From: an uncultured Anaerolineae bacterium
Lineage (GTDB): Bacteria; Chloroflexota; Anaerolineae; Aggregatilineales; Phototrophicaceae
DNA: 64,000 bases
Assembly: GCA_937922795.1 (NCBI GenBank)
Contig: CALAJK010000037.1
Span: 683 to 64,682, forward strand
Direction: 5' to 3'
A program made the position numbers and the translations under genes. Position 1 is the stretch's first letter, and the number at the start of each line of letters is the position of its first letter. Below, one piece after another: positions 17,230 to 26,153 of this stretch. The notes under the pieces are model-generated. The model made no database searches and was not told where the DNA came from. It saw only the letters and a program-made list of their open reading frames with translations.

Positions 17230-18618
17230 CTACGGTTTTGATTTCGGCTTCAGATACGGCGAGCCGACGGCGATATAACCGTACCCCTGATCTACCAGCT
17301 CCTGGTAGTCCGGGATCATGCGGCGGCCGTCAATCACCAGGTAGGGCGGCTTCACTGCCTGCTCAATCGTGCGCGACAGCCCGCGGAATTCTTCCCAGTC
17401 GGTCGAGATGAACAGCATATCACTGCCCTGCAGCGCCTCGCGCGGCGAGGTGTGATAGGTGATCTTCTCGAACAGATGGTTTTTGCGCGGGTCGAAGTAG
17501 CGCCGCGCTTCGTTGATCGCCAGCGGGTCATAAGCGCGGATTTCGCGCACGCCCCGCCCCAGCAGCGCTTCGACCACTTGCAGCGACGATGCGTCGCGCA
17601 TATCGTTGGTGCGCTGTTTGAAGGCCAACCCCAGCAGCGCCACCACCTTCTGGTTGAAACTAGCGCCCGCCTCGTGGATGGCACGATCGATCAGATAAGT
17701 CTTCTGGTACTCATTGATGTTATAAACCGACTGGAGCAGATCGGTGGCCTGGCCGGCCGTCTTGAGCTGGTAGATGAGCGACTGGATGTCTTTGCCGAAG
17801 CATGAACCGCCGGCGCCGTTTGAGACATACGAGCCCCAGGTGCTGATACGCGTGTCGGCGGTGACGCCGCGCTTCAGATCCTCCATGCGGATGTTCGGGA
17901 ACGCCTCGCCCAGCCGCGCGCCCACGCCATTCCAGAACGAGATGTACGTCAGCAGCAGCGTGTTGGCGACGTACTTGATCGCCTCGGCCGTCTCCGGCGT
18001 GGTTTCGATGTAGCGAATGCGCACGTGATTGACGAACTGCGAGTAGATGCGGCGCAGGATGCGGAAGTCTTCTTCGGTGTCGGCGCCCACTACCACCCGG
18101 TCGGGACGGCGCGACTTCTCGACAGCGTCGCCCTCCGGCAGGAACTCCGGATTAGAAGCTACGCCGGCATTGGGAACCTGGTGCTGCTTGAGCACGGCTT
18201 CGAGCTGGCGCGCCGTGCCGATGGGCACGGTGCTCTTGTTGATCAGCACCACCCGGCGCTGATCCTGCCGCCGCGCCAGCAGCCCAGCTAGATAATTGAC
18301 CGCCTCGAAATAGTAGCTGAGATCAGATGAGCCGTTTGGATTGGGCGGCGTGGGCAGACATAAAAAGATGGCGTCAGTCCCTTCGATGATCGGCTCCAGA
18401 TCGTCCACGAAGAACAGGTAGCGATTGATATTCTCGGCGATGATGGCCGACAACCCTGGTTCGTTGACGTAGTGCTCAATGCGCGCCGGATCCGCCGAAC
18501 GGTATGCCTCCAGCTTCTGCCGGTCAATGTCGTAGGCGTACACCTCATGGCCGTACTCTGAGACGACAGCCGCGTGCGCCAGGCCGACAAACCCCGTACC
18601 AACGACGATGATTTTCAT
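17230..18618 (-). CDS. ugd: UDP-glucose/GDP-mannose 6-dehydrogenase
   Basis: MKIIVVGTGFVGL, KSTVPIGT, SNPEFLPEG, GGSCFGKD, LGLAFK. Confidence 0.93.
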   Translation of the reverse strand: MKIIVVGTGFVGLAHAAVVSEYGHEVYAYDIDRQKLEAYRSADPARIEHYVNEPGLSAIIAENINRYLFFVDDLEPIIEGTDAIFLCLPTPPNPNGSSDLSYYFEAVNYLAGLLARRQDQRRVVLINKSTVPIGTARQLEAVLKQHQVPNAGVASNPEFLPEGDAVEKSRRPDRVVVGADTEEDFRILRRIYSQFVNHVRIRYIETTPETAEAIKYVANTLLLTYISFWNGVGARLGEAFPNIRMEDLKRGVTADTRISTWGSYVSNGAGGSCFGKDIQSLIYQLKTAGQATDLLQSVYNINEYQKTYLIDRAIHEAGASFNQKVVALLGLAFKQRTNDMRDASSLQVVEALLGRGVREIRAYDPLAINEARRYFDPRKNHLFEKITYHTSPREALQGSDMLFISTDWEEFRGLSRTIEQAVKPPYLVIDGRRMIPDYQELVDQGYGYIAVGSPYLKPKSKP

Positions 18619-18852
18619 GTCCGTCCTCTTGAGAATGATCTCAGATGTGATGTTATGAATGCAGTCTACCACCAAATGACGTGAGGATTGATGGTGAAGT
18701 TCGCCTCAGACCATAATCGCTTCGCCTTACATCCGCCTCAAAGTTGGCCAGATGCGGATGAGTGTCATGCCCAGCAGCCGACGGTCGTCATCTGCTCGAA
18801 CTGCCGTCCCGCCGCATAATGGAGGGGGAGGGCAAGCGAGAAAGAGGGATCT

Positions 18853-19437
18853 ATGACTGCGCCATCGCCCGCCCGCGACGCGATCACCGGCGTGCCGTAT
18901 CCGTCCAGCCCGTTCATGAAATATCTGTTCAAGCTGCCCATCCTGCTGTACCGGCTGGGGCTGGGGCCGGTCATCGGCGGCAAGATCATGATCCTGACCA
19001 CCACCGGGCGCAAGAGCGGCCTGCCGCGGCGCACCGCCATCGAATACAACGTGCACGAAGGCCGCAAGTACATCATGGCGGGCTGGGGCGGCCAGTCGGA
19101 CTGGTACAAGAACCTGGCCGCCGACCCGCGCGTCACCATCCAGACGGCCGACGGCTCCGAGCCGGCCATCGCGCGTCGTCTGACTCAGGACGAAGAATTG
19201 ATCGACGCTTACCGCTTCGTCGAGGATAACCCAGCCATGCGGGTTTGGATGAACGTGCTGCTGGGCGGCGCGCTCACCCGCGAGCAGTTCCTGGCGCGGC
19301 GCGACCAGTTCTATCTGGTGCGGTTCGACCCCACCGATGAGCCGGCGCCGCCGCCGCTGGAGGCCGACCTGACCTGGACATGGCTGGTGATCGGCGGGGT
19401 GCTGCTGGCGTTCCTGCTCAGCCGTAAGCGGCGGTGA
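18853..19437 (+). CDS. Deazaflavin (F420)-dependent nitroreductase family protein with C-terminal TM
   Basis: ILTTTGRKSGLPRRT and DWYKNLAADPRV motifs. Confidence 0.88.
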   Translation: MTAPSPARDAITGVPYPSSPFMKYLFKLPILLYRLGLGPVIGGKIMILTTTGRKSGLPRRTAIEYNVHEGRKYIMAGWGGQSDWYKNLAADPRVTIQTADGSEPAIARRLTQDEELIDAYRFVEDNPAMRVWMNVLLGGALTREQFLARRDQFYLVRFDPTDEPAPPPLEADLTWTWLVIGGVLLAFLLSRKRR

Positions 19438-20755
19438 CCGGCGCGCTCAGCGCCAACTGCGCCGCCCGGCGGCCCAACTCCACCGCGTAATTCGTGCCGC
19501 GATCCCACGGGTAGACCTGGCTCATGCTGGCCCACAGCACCCCCGGCAGCGGCGTTTGCAGCGGCGGGATGCGCTGGCTGTGGTTGACGCCCGGAACCGG
19601 CTGCGCGTAGGGCGCGCGCCACACCCAGCGCTTGGTGACCCAGTCCGGGCTGAAGGCCGGGTTGACCTTCGCCAGGGCTGGCAGAAAGCGGGCGACCAGT
19701 TCATCGTCCGACAGCCGGAAATACTCATGGTCGGCGGGCACATAGTCGCCGCAGTACACCAGCACGTCGCCGCCGTAATGAGCTTTATCCAGCCAGTTCG
19801 TGTGCTCCACCAGCGCCAAAAATGGGAACTGGCTGGCACGTTTATCGGGCGAGGTGGCCGGCAGGTTCAGCCAGTAGGTCCCATCGGTCAGCACTGACTG
19901 CCGGAGCGCCAGCACGACGCAGATCGCGCCGATGCTGCGCAGAGCGGCGGCCTGCTGGCCGTAGGGCGTATCGCGCAGTGCCGGCGCCAGCCGCAGCAGC
20001 AGCGCCGGCGACGTGGTGCTGATGATGCGGTCGAACAGGCGCGTCTCGCCGCCTACCGTCAGCGCCGGGCGTCCGTCCACCATCTGGATCGCCTGCGCCG
20101 GCGCATTCAGGTGAATCTGAGCGCCGCGGGCGGCGACCGCGCTGGCCAGCGTCTCCAGAAACGCCTGAAAGCCGCCCTGGAAAATGCCCAGCCGCACGCT
20201 GCGGGTGTAGATGCGCGCCCACATCCAGGCCATATTGACCTCGGCATACTGGTCGCTGAATTTGCCGATCAGCAGCGGCCGCCACAGCCGGTCGTAGACT
20301 TCCCGCCCCATAGCCCGGCGCATCCAGGCATGGGCGGTGTGCCGCTCCAGCGCCCGCCAGTCCCGCGCCAGGTACTTCAGGTAGACGCCTACCAGCCCCA
20401 GCCGTAGGATGCCGAGCGGCGAGATCGGCAGGCGCAGCGCCGAGGCGTTCATCTCCGACCGGTAGATGCGGCCGTCAATCCAGTAGCTGGTTTTCGGGCG
20501 GGGGAAGATGATCCGATCGGCCACGCCCAGCTCGCCCGCCAGCTTCAAGATCTCGGCGTCGGTCTCGAACCAGTGATGGTAGAACTTCTCCAGCGACCAC
20601 GCCCAGGCTGGATCGCGGAAACCGGCGGCCAGGCCGCCCACCGTCGGTTCGGCCTCGAACAGTTCGACCCGACAGCCTGCCCGCGCCAGATCCCAGGCGG
20701 CAGCTAAGCCGGCCGCGCCGGCCCCAATGATGGCAACATGCAGCGTGTCAGTCAT
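19418..20755 (-). CDS. FAD-dependent oxidoreductase (amine oxidase / protoporphyrinogen oxidase-like)
   Basis: IIGAGAAGLAAA, LEKFYHHWF, QVYPWDRGTNYAV. Confidence 0.88.
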   Translation of the reverse strand: MTDTLHVAIIGAGAAGLAAAWDLARAGCRVELFEAEPTVGGLAAGFRDPAWAWSLEKFYHHWFETDAEILKLAGELGVADRIIFPRPKTSYWIDGRIYRSEMNASALRLPISPLGILRLGLVGVYLKYLARDWRALERHTAHAWMRRAMGREVYDRLWRPLLIGKFSDQYAEVNMAWMWARIYTRSVRLGIFQGGFQAFLETLASAVAARGAQIHLNAPAQAIQMVDGRPALTVGGETRLFDRIISTTSPALLLRLAPALRDTPYGQQAAALRSIGAICVVLALRQSVLTDGTYWLNLPATSPDKRASQFPFLALVEHTNWLDKAHYGGDVLVYCGDYVPADHEYFRLSDDELVARFLPALAKVNPAFSPDWVTKRWVWRAPYAQPVPGVNHSQRIPPLQTPLPGVLWASMSQVYPWDRGTNYAVELGRRAAQLALSAPVTAAYG

Positions 20756-20760
20756 ATAGT

Positions 20761-21789
20761 TCAGCCGCCGCTCCTTGAACTCTCAACCGTGGGCTGCCCT
20801 TCCAGATCGCGCGCGTGGGTGATGGCCGACCAGCCCAACCCCTGCCGCACCAGAAAGTAGAACCCGGCCAGCGTCACCGGCAGCCAGATCACCACATGGA
20901 TGACCAGCGCGTAGGCGTTGGCCTGCGCCTGCGGAATGCCAGCGCCCACCAGCACCAGCGCCACGAAGAACTCAAACACGCCCAATTGTCCCGGCGACGC
21001 CGGTATCAGCCCGGCCAGATTGACCACGCCCACCACCAGCAGCATCAGTGGATAGCTGACGTTCAGATCGAACGCGAACGATACCAACCAATAAACGCCA
21101 GCTTCGATACCCCAGCTCAGGAAGGAAAACGCCACCACGCCCGCCAGGTCGGCCGGCGTGCGCAGCCCTTCCAGGCCGCCGATCACGCCCTCAACCAGAT
21201 GCGAGACCGGCTTGCGCAGGCTGGCTGGCAGAAATCGCTCCGCCTGCGTCCGCAGCCAGCGTAGGGCGTCCGGCCGGGCGGCCAGGGCGAAGAACACCGC
21301 CACCGCGCTCAGGAAGATCGGCGCGGCGACGCTCGCCACCGACCGGATTTCCGGCGATGAGATCTCGACGAACAGCAGCGCGATCAAGATGAACGACAGC
21401 ATCACCAAGCCGTCGAAGACCCGCTCGACGATTACGGTCGTCATGCCGCGCGCCAGCGGCACTTGGTGATTGTGCTGGAGCAGCACCACTCGCAGCACCT
21501 CGCCGCTGCGAAACGGGTAGACGTTGTTGCCCATGTAGCCGATGCTGACTAGCGGCATCAGCGCGCGCAGCGGCAGCGACCGGGCGGCGCGCAGCAGAAA
21601 ACCCCAGCGCAGCGAGATGGCCGCTACGCCCAGGAAGTAGACGCCCGCGCCGGCGGCCAGCCACACCGGGTTGACCTGCCGGATGTACGTCAGGACAGCC
21701 TCAGGGTGCAGGCCGCGAAACGCGATCCACAGAAAAACGGCGCTGATGATGATGCCCGCGCCAGCGGCTGCCCATCGTTTAGAACGCAT
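20761..21789 (-). CDS. Lysylphosphatidylglycerol synthase TM domain / flippase-like protein
   Basis: Multi-TM; GYMGNNVYPFRSGEVLR, ERVFDG, PASPGQLGVFE; ATG at 21789 after GAAGG. Confidence 0.88.
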   Translation of the reverse strand: MRSKRWAAAGAGIIISAVFLWIAFRGLHPEAVLTYIRQVNPVWLAAGAGVYFLGVAAISLRWGFLLRAARSLPLRALMPLVSIGYMGNNVYPFRSGEVLRVVLLQHNHQVPLARGMTTVIVERVFDGLVMLSFILIALLFVEISSPEIRSVASVAAPIFLSAVAVFFALAARPDALRWLRTQAERFLPASLRKPVSHLVEGVIGGLEGLRTPADLAGVVAFSFLSWGIEAGVYWLVSFAFDLNVSYPLMLLVVGVVNLAGLIPASPGQLGVFEFFVALVLVGAGIPQAQANAYALVIHVVIWLPVTLAGFYFLVRQGLGWSAITHARDLEGQPTVESSRSGG

Positions 21790-21973
21790 CGAAAGCTGTT
21801 CACCTTCACTGAACGGCGCTGCGCGCGGCAGCCCACGACATGCGGCCATTGTAACAGTTTTTGCCAGAATGATGAGGCTTGAATCGCCGCGCGCTGGAAC
21901 GATCTTACCCCTTACGCCTGCGCCAGCTCGTGCTACACTACTGAACACGACGCCGCAGCGAAAGGTAGACTGG

Positions 21974-22792
21974 ATGAAGCTGGCTGTGAACTATTCGCCC
22001 CAGGCGGCGGCGCTGCTGGACGCCGGGGCGGTGACCTTCGACCTGTACAAATGCACCGAGTGGCCGGAGATGATTGACGCCGCCCGCCGCCAGCGCCCGC
22101 CTTACGTGCACCTGCCGCTGATGGCCGGCCGGGCCAACATCGAGCAGGTGGGGTGGGACACGATTTACCGGGTGCTGGACACGACCGCGACGCCGTTCAT
22201 CAACACCCATCTGGCGCCGCGCGGCGCGGATTTCGGCGTGGCGCTGGACTCGACCGACGCCGACCAGGGCGATGTGCTGCTGGACGCCATGCTGCGCGAC
22301 ATCTTCCCGCTGGTCGAACGGCTCGGCGCTGAGCGCGTCGTCTTGGAAAACGCCAATTGGGACCCGAACTACGATATCCCCCAGCTTGTCATTGCGCCGG
22401 CGTTCATCCGCCGGGTTGTGGAGGCCAGCGGCTGCGGTCTGCTGCTCGATCTGGCGCACGCCCGCATGGCCGCCGCTTACCTGGGCATAGACGACCGCGA
22501 CTATATCGGCCAACTGCCGGTCAGCCGCCTGCGCGAGCTGCACGTGTCCGGCACGCACTATGACCCCGACGAGCGGCGGCTGGTGGATCATTTCCCGATG
22601 ACCGACGACGACTGGGTGCTGGCCGAGTGGGCGCTGGAGCGCATCCGCTGCGGCGATTGGCCGCAGCCGGCGTTCGTGACGCTGGAATACGGCGGCACCG
22701 GCCCAGCTTTCGCCCGGCGCAGCGAAGCGCCAGTGCTGGCGTCCGATCTGCCCCGGCTGTATAACCTAGTGCATGACCGGCGAGCGCACTGA
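21974..22792 (+). CDS. DUF692 family (multinuclear non-heme iron enzyme-like) TIM-barrel protein
   Basis: LEN, CGLLLDLAHA, ELHVSG, DH and TLEYG metal-ligand pattern; ATG at 21974 after AAAGG. Confidence 0.8.
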   Translation: MKLAVNYSPQAAALLDAGAVTFDLYKCTEWPEMIDAARRQRPPYVHLPLMAGRANIEQVGWDTIYRVLDTTATPFINTHLAPRGADFGVALDSTDADQGDVLLDAMLRDIFPLVERLGAERVVLENANWDPNYDIPQLVIAPAFIRRVVEASGCGLLLDLAHARMAAAYLGIDDRDYIGQLPVSRLRELHVSGTHYDPDERRLVDHFPMTDDDWVLAEWALERIRCGDWPQPAFVTLEYGGTGPAFARRSEAPVLASDLPRLYNLVHDRRAH

Positions 22793-23545
22793 ATGGCCGG
22801 CGAATGGCGCAGCGTGGTCTTCATCGATCTAGACGGCACGCTCATCAGCGGGCCGTTCGGGCCAGGCGTGTGGCCAACGGTACTGGCTGAGCTGGCCGCC
22901 AAATCCGGCCTGGCTCCCGCCGCCATCTATCGGCTGATCGAGCTGGAGAACGACGCCCGGCTGGCCAATCCGGACATGCCCGCCGTCCTGGCGATGGACT
23001 GGGATGACATCGCCGCTGCCGTCGCCCGCGCGCTGGGCGTGACGCTGGAAGCCGATGTGACGGCGCTGGCCTGGGCGCACGCCGGGCCACCTCACTCCTA
23101 CGTGCTGCCGGGCGGCGAGGCGGCGCTGCGCGCGCTGGATGCGCCTGACCGCGCGCTGGTGGTCGCCACCAAAGGGCTGGCGCGCTACCAGAAGCCGGTG
23201 CTGGACGCGCTGGGCCTGACGCCGCTGTTCGATGATATTCTGACGCCGGAGGTCGCCGGCGCGCTCAAGCGCGACCGCCGTTTCTTCGGCAACTGGCCCG
23301 ACCAGGCGGAGACGGTCATCATGGTGGGCGACCGTTACGACGACGACGTGCTCTACCCGGCGGCGCACGGCTTCAAGACCATCTGGAAGCCGGAGAACCT
23401 GCCGCTGGCTCTGGCTGGTCACGATCCCTTCGCCCGCGCCCGCTTGTACGCCTATGCCCCCGACCAACCCGCCCGCGCTGACGCCATCATCGCCGGGCTG
23501 GACGAACTGCCGGAGACGGTGCGGCGGTTGGAAGGTCGCCGGTAG
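22793..23545 (+). CDS. HAD family hydrolase
   Basis: FIDLDGTL, VVATK, MVGDRYDDD; ATG directly follows the DUF692 stop (TGAATG). Confidence 0.88.
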   Translation: MAGEWRSVVFIDLDGTLISGPFGPGVWPTVLAELAAKSGLAPAAIYRLIELENDARLANPDMPAVLAMDWDDIAAAVARALGVTLEADVTALAWAHAGPPHSYVLPGGEAALRALDAPDRALVVATKGLARYQKPVLDALGLTPLFDDILTPEVAGALKRDRRFFGNWPDQAETVIMVGDRYDDDVLYPAAHGFKTIWKPENLPLALAGHDPFARARLYAYAPDQPARADAIIAGLDELPETVRRLEGRR

Positions 23546-23570
23546 GCCGGGGCGACTCGTCTCTACACCG

Positions 23571-24821
23571 ATGCCGATGATGGACAACTTCTACGCCGCG
23601 CTCAACCGCCTGTGTCGGCCAGTGCGCGCGGCGGACTTTCCGCGCCCGCTGAGGCCAATGCGCCGCCTGCTGGCCGCGCTGAGCGACCCACAGACACACT
23701 TTGCTGCTGTGATCGTGGCTGGGTCAGTCGGCAAAGGGACTGCCGCCGTCGGCATCGCCAACGCGCTGGCCCAGGCACCGGGGCCTGTCGGCCTGTACAC
23801 GAGCCCGCATCTGCACAGCTTTCGCGAACGTTTTATGCTGGACGGTCAGCGCATCAGCCAGCGGGCTCTCGCGGCGGTCGCCGAGCGCGTGCTGGCCGCC
23901 GCCTCTCGGCTGGATGACGACTTCAGCACGTTTGAACTGGCGACCGCGCTGGGGCTGCTGTGGTTCGCCGAACGCGGCGCAAGTCTGGCGGTGCTGGAAG
24001 TGGGCATGGGCGGCCGCTGGGACGCGGTCAACGCGGCGGAGGCGGCGCTGGCGGTCATCACGCCGATGGAGCGCGAACATCTCCAGATGCTGGGCGGGTC
24101 GCTCCAGACCATCGCCTGGCACAAGGCCGGCATCCTGCGGCCGAGTCGTCCAGCCATCGCCGCGCCGCAGCCGCCGCCCGCCGCCGACGTGCTGGCCGTC
24201 GAGGCCGCCCGCCTGGGCGCGTGGCTGACATTCACGCCCACGGCTGAGGCGCTGCCCGCCGCCGCTCAGGCACTAGCGGCTGAGACGCTGCCCACCGCGA
24301 CGGACGCCTTGGCCGCCGGCGGGCTGTTTCCCCCGCTCCCCGGCCGGCTAGAGATCGTCGAGCGAGATGAGCAAACGCTGATCATTGACGGTGCGCATAC
24401 CCCCGCCGGCGCGGCGCGGCTGCGCGCCAAAATCGATGCGCTGGTCGGACCGGAAGCCCCGGTCAATCTGATCGCTGCCATGCTGGTCGATAAAGACCCG
24501 GCGGCCTTCTTGCGAGCCTTCGACCACCCGCGCTTCCGGCTGGCGCTGACGACGCTCCCCGGCCACCGGACGCTGCCGCCTGAAACGCTGCGCCTGAAGG
24601 CCGGTCTGCGCCTGGCGCGGGTTGAACCCTTCCCGGCGTTAGAGGATGCGCTGGCCGCCGGCTGCGCCTCGGAACGGCTGGTGGTCATCACCGGCTCGCT
24701 GCGGCTGGCCGCCGCCGCCCGCGAAGCGCTGGGGCTGCTCACTCCCGACGAGCTGGCCGAGGCGCGGGCGACCCGCGCCATCTTCGAGGGGTCGGATTAC
24801 CTGAGCAGGCTCAACCGTTAG
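23571..24821 (+). CDS. folC: Folylpolyglutamate synthase / dihydrofolate synthase family ligase
   Basis: AGSVGKGT, GLYTSPHL, RER, LEVGMGGRWDAVN, PGRLE, IDGAH, TGSL. Confidence 0.82.
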   Translation: MPMMDNFYAALNRLCRPVRAADFPRPLRPMRRLLAALSDPQTHFAAVIVAGSVGKGTAAVGIANALAQAPGPVGLYTSPHLHSFRERFMLDGQRISQRALAAVAERVLAAASRLDDDFSTFELATALGLLWFAERGASLAVLEVGMGGRWDAVNAAEAALAVITPMEREHLQMLGGSLQTIAWHKAGILRPSRPAIAAPQPPPAADVLAVEAARLGAWLTFTPTAEALPAAAQALAAETLPTATDALAAGGLFPPLPGRLEIVERDEQTLIIDGAHTPAGAARLRAKIDALVGPEAPVNLIAAMLVDKDPAAFLRAFDHPRFRLALTTLPGHRTLPPETLRLKAGLRLARVEPFPALEDALAAGCASERLVVITGSLRLAAAAREALGLLTPDELAEARATRAIFEGSDYLSRLNR

Positions 24822-25864
24822 CTGTCATACGTCCCGCTGCTGTAGACGTAAACCGCCGCGCCGGTGTCATTAGGGATATTGAAGTCGAACTCGGCTGCCG
24901 ACCAGTCGTACAGCCACTTGGCGTCGGTGATGGACAGGTTGACGCAGCCGTGGCTGTGCCGGTAGCCGAAGCCGTCATGCCAGTACGTGCCGTGCAGGGC
25001 GATGTCGCCGTCAAAGTACATTGTCCACGGCACTTCTTGCAGATAGTAGAAATCCGCCTGCTGGTACGCCCCGCTCATCGAGGTGCGCGGATAGCGCAGG
25101 TAGATGTGAAACAAGCCCTCATTGGTGGGCCACTGCTTCAGGCCAGAGGCGACCAACGTGCTGAATACCGGCGTCTCACCCTCATAGGCGACCAAAACCT
25201 GCTCATACAGATCTACGGCGATCCAGCGTTCGGTATCGACTTCCGCTGGCCGGGGGATAGGCGTGATCTTGGCCACGTCGAACTGGTGGATCCACTGACC
25301 ATCGCCCACCTGATACCAGCGTTTGCCGTCCACTTCTACGTAGGTGTATAAGTTAACGCGGGTATAGCGGTATAGGAACGGGTTGTTGGGCGATTCGTTG
25401 CCGCCGGGCGCGGCGCTGGGGCGCAGATGGCGCAGCGTCCAGGCCATCGGGTATGGCAGCGGCTCGGCGGGCAGCCGCACGCCGGCGAAGCGTGAGATCA
25501 GCACGTCGTCGCTCAGGTTCGACGTCAGCACCCACCGGTTGACGTCAATCTGCGACCACTCGCCCTGAACCGCTTTGACCGTCACGTAGCTGAAGCCGGG
25601 GCCAGTGGTGGTCACCAGCGCGCCGCCGGGGGCGTCGTACACCTGCAGCCCGCCGGAAACGCGCCGGTAAACGCGGTCATACAGCACTGCGTCATCAACC
25701 ACCAGCGGGCGCACATTCGGTTCAGGATATTCCGCCAAGATGGCAGCCGGCAGCCCCGACCGGGGATCACACCCGGCGATGGCGGCGCAGTCCTGCTGCG
25801 CCAGGGCAGCCGGCAGGGGCAGGGCGATGAGCAGGATCAAAGACGGCAGCAAACGCTTGAGCAT
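24818..25864 (-). CDS. L,D-transpeptidase (YkuD) family protein, secreted
   Basis: Signal peptide; IALHGTYWH...SHGCVNL. Confidence 0.92.
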   Translation of the reverse strand: MLKRLLPSLILLIALPLPAALAQQDCAAIAGCDPRSGLPAAILAEYPEPNVRPLVVDDAVLYDRVYRRVSGGLQVYDAPGGALVTTTGPGFSYVTVKAVQGEWSQIDVNRWVLTSNLSDDVLISRFAGVRLPAEPLPYPMAWTLRHLRPSAAPGGNESPNNPFLYRYTRVNLYTYVEVDGKRWYQVGDGQWIHQFDVAKITPIPRPAEVDTERWIAVDLYEQVLVAYEGETPVFSTLVASGLKQWPTNEGLFHIYLRYPRTSMSGAYQQADFYYLQEVPWTMYFDGDIALHGTYWHDGFGYRHSHGCVNLSITDAKWLYDWSAAEFDFNIPNDTGAAVYVYSSGTYDS

Positions 25865-26066
25865 GGACTTCCCTCCTGCGCGGCCAGGTCACCGGCCGCC
25901 TTCAAACTAACACAGCTTATCCCAATTATGACGAAGCGACCGCAATCGTCTCATATCGAATCCCGACGGTCTGCCCACGTTTACCTGCTGCTGACGGCTT
26001 CATGTTGATCTGCGCCCAGCTCCGTCATCTACGCCTGACTCTGGCAGCCATCTCCGACGGCTGACC

Positions 26067-26093
26067 GACCGGTTTACCCCCGGCAAACCGGTC
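26067..26093. promoter_or_regulatory. Perfect 9-bp inverted repeat between divergent genes
   Basis: GACCGGTTT-N9-AAACCGGTC. Confidence 0.35.
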
Positions 26094-26153
26094 TAGCGGC
26101 CGTGACCGCGCGCCAGACTTGAGAAGCCGGCTCAGGTCTGTTAGGCTTAAGTC

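Noticed and set aside
25865-26153. Riboswitch (c-di-AMP or c-di-GMP) upstream of the L,D-transpeptidase
   Set aside because: Only a 9-bp inverted repeat is visible and I could not match conserved aptamer motifs; an Rfam/Infernal scan would settle it
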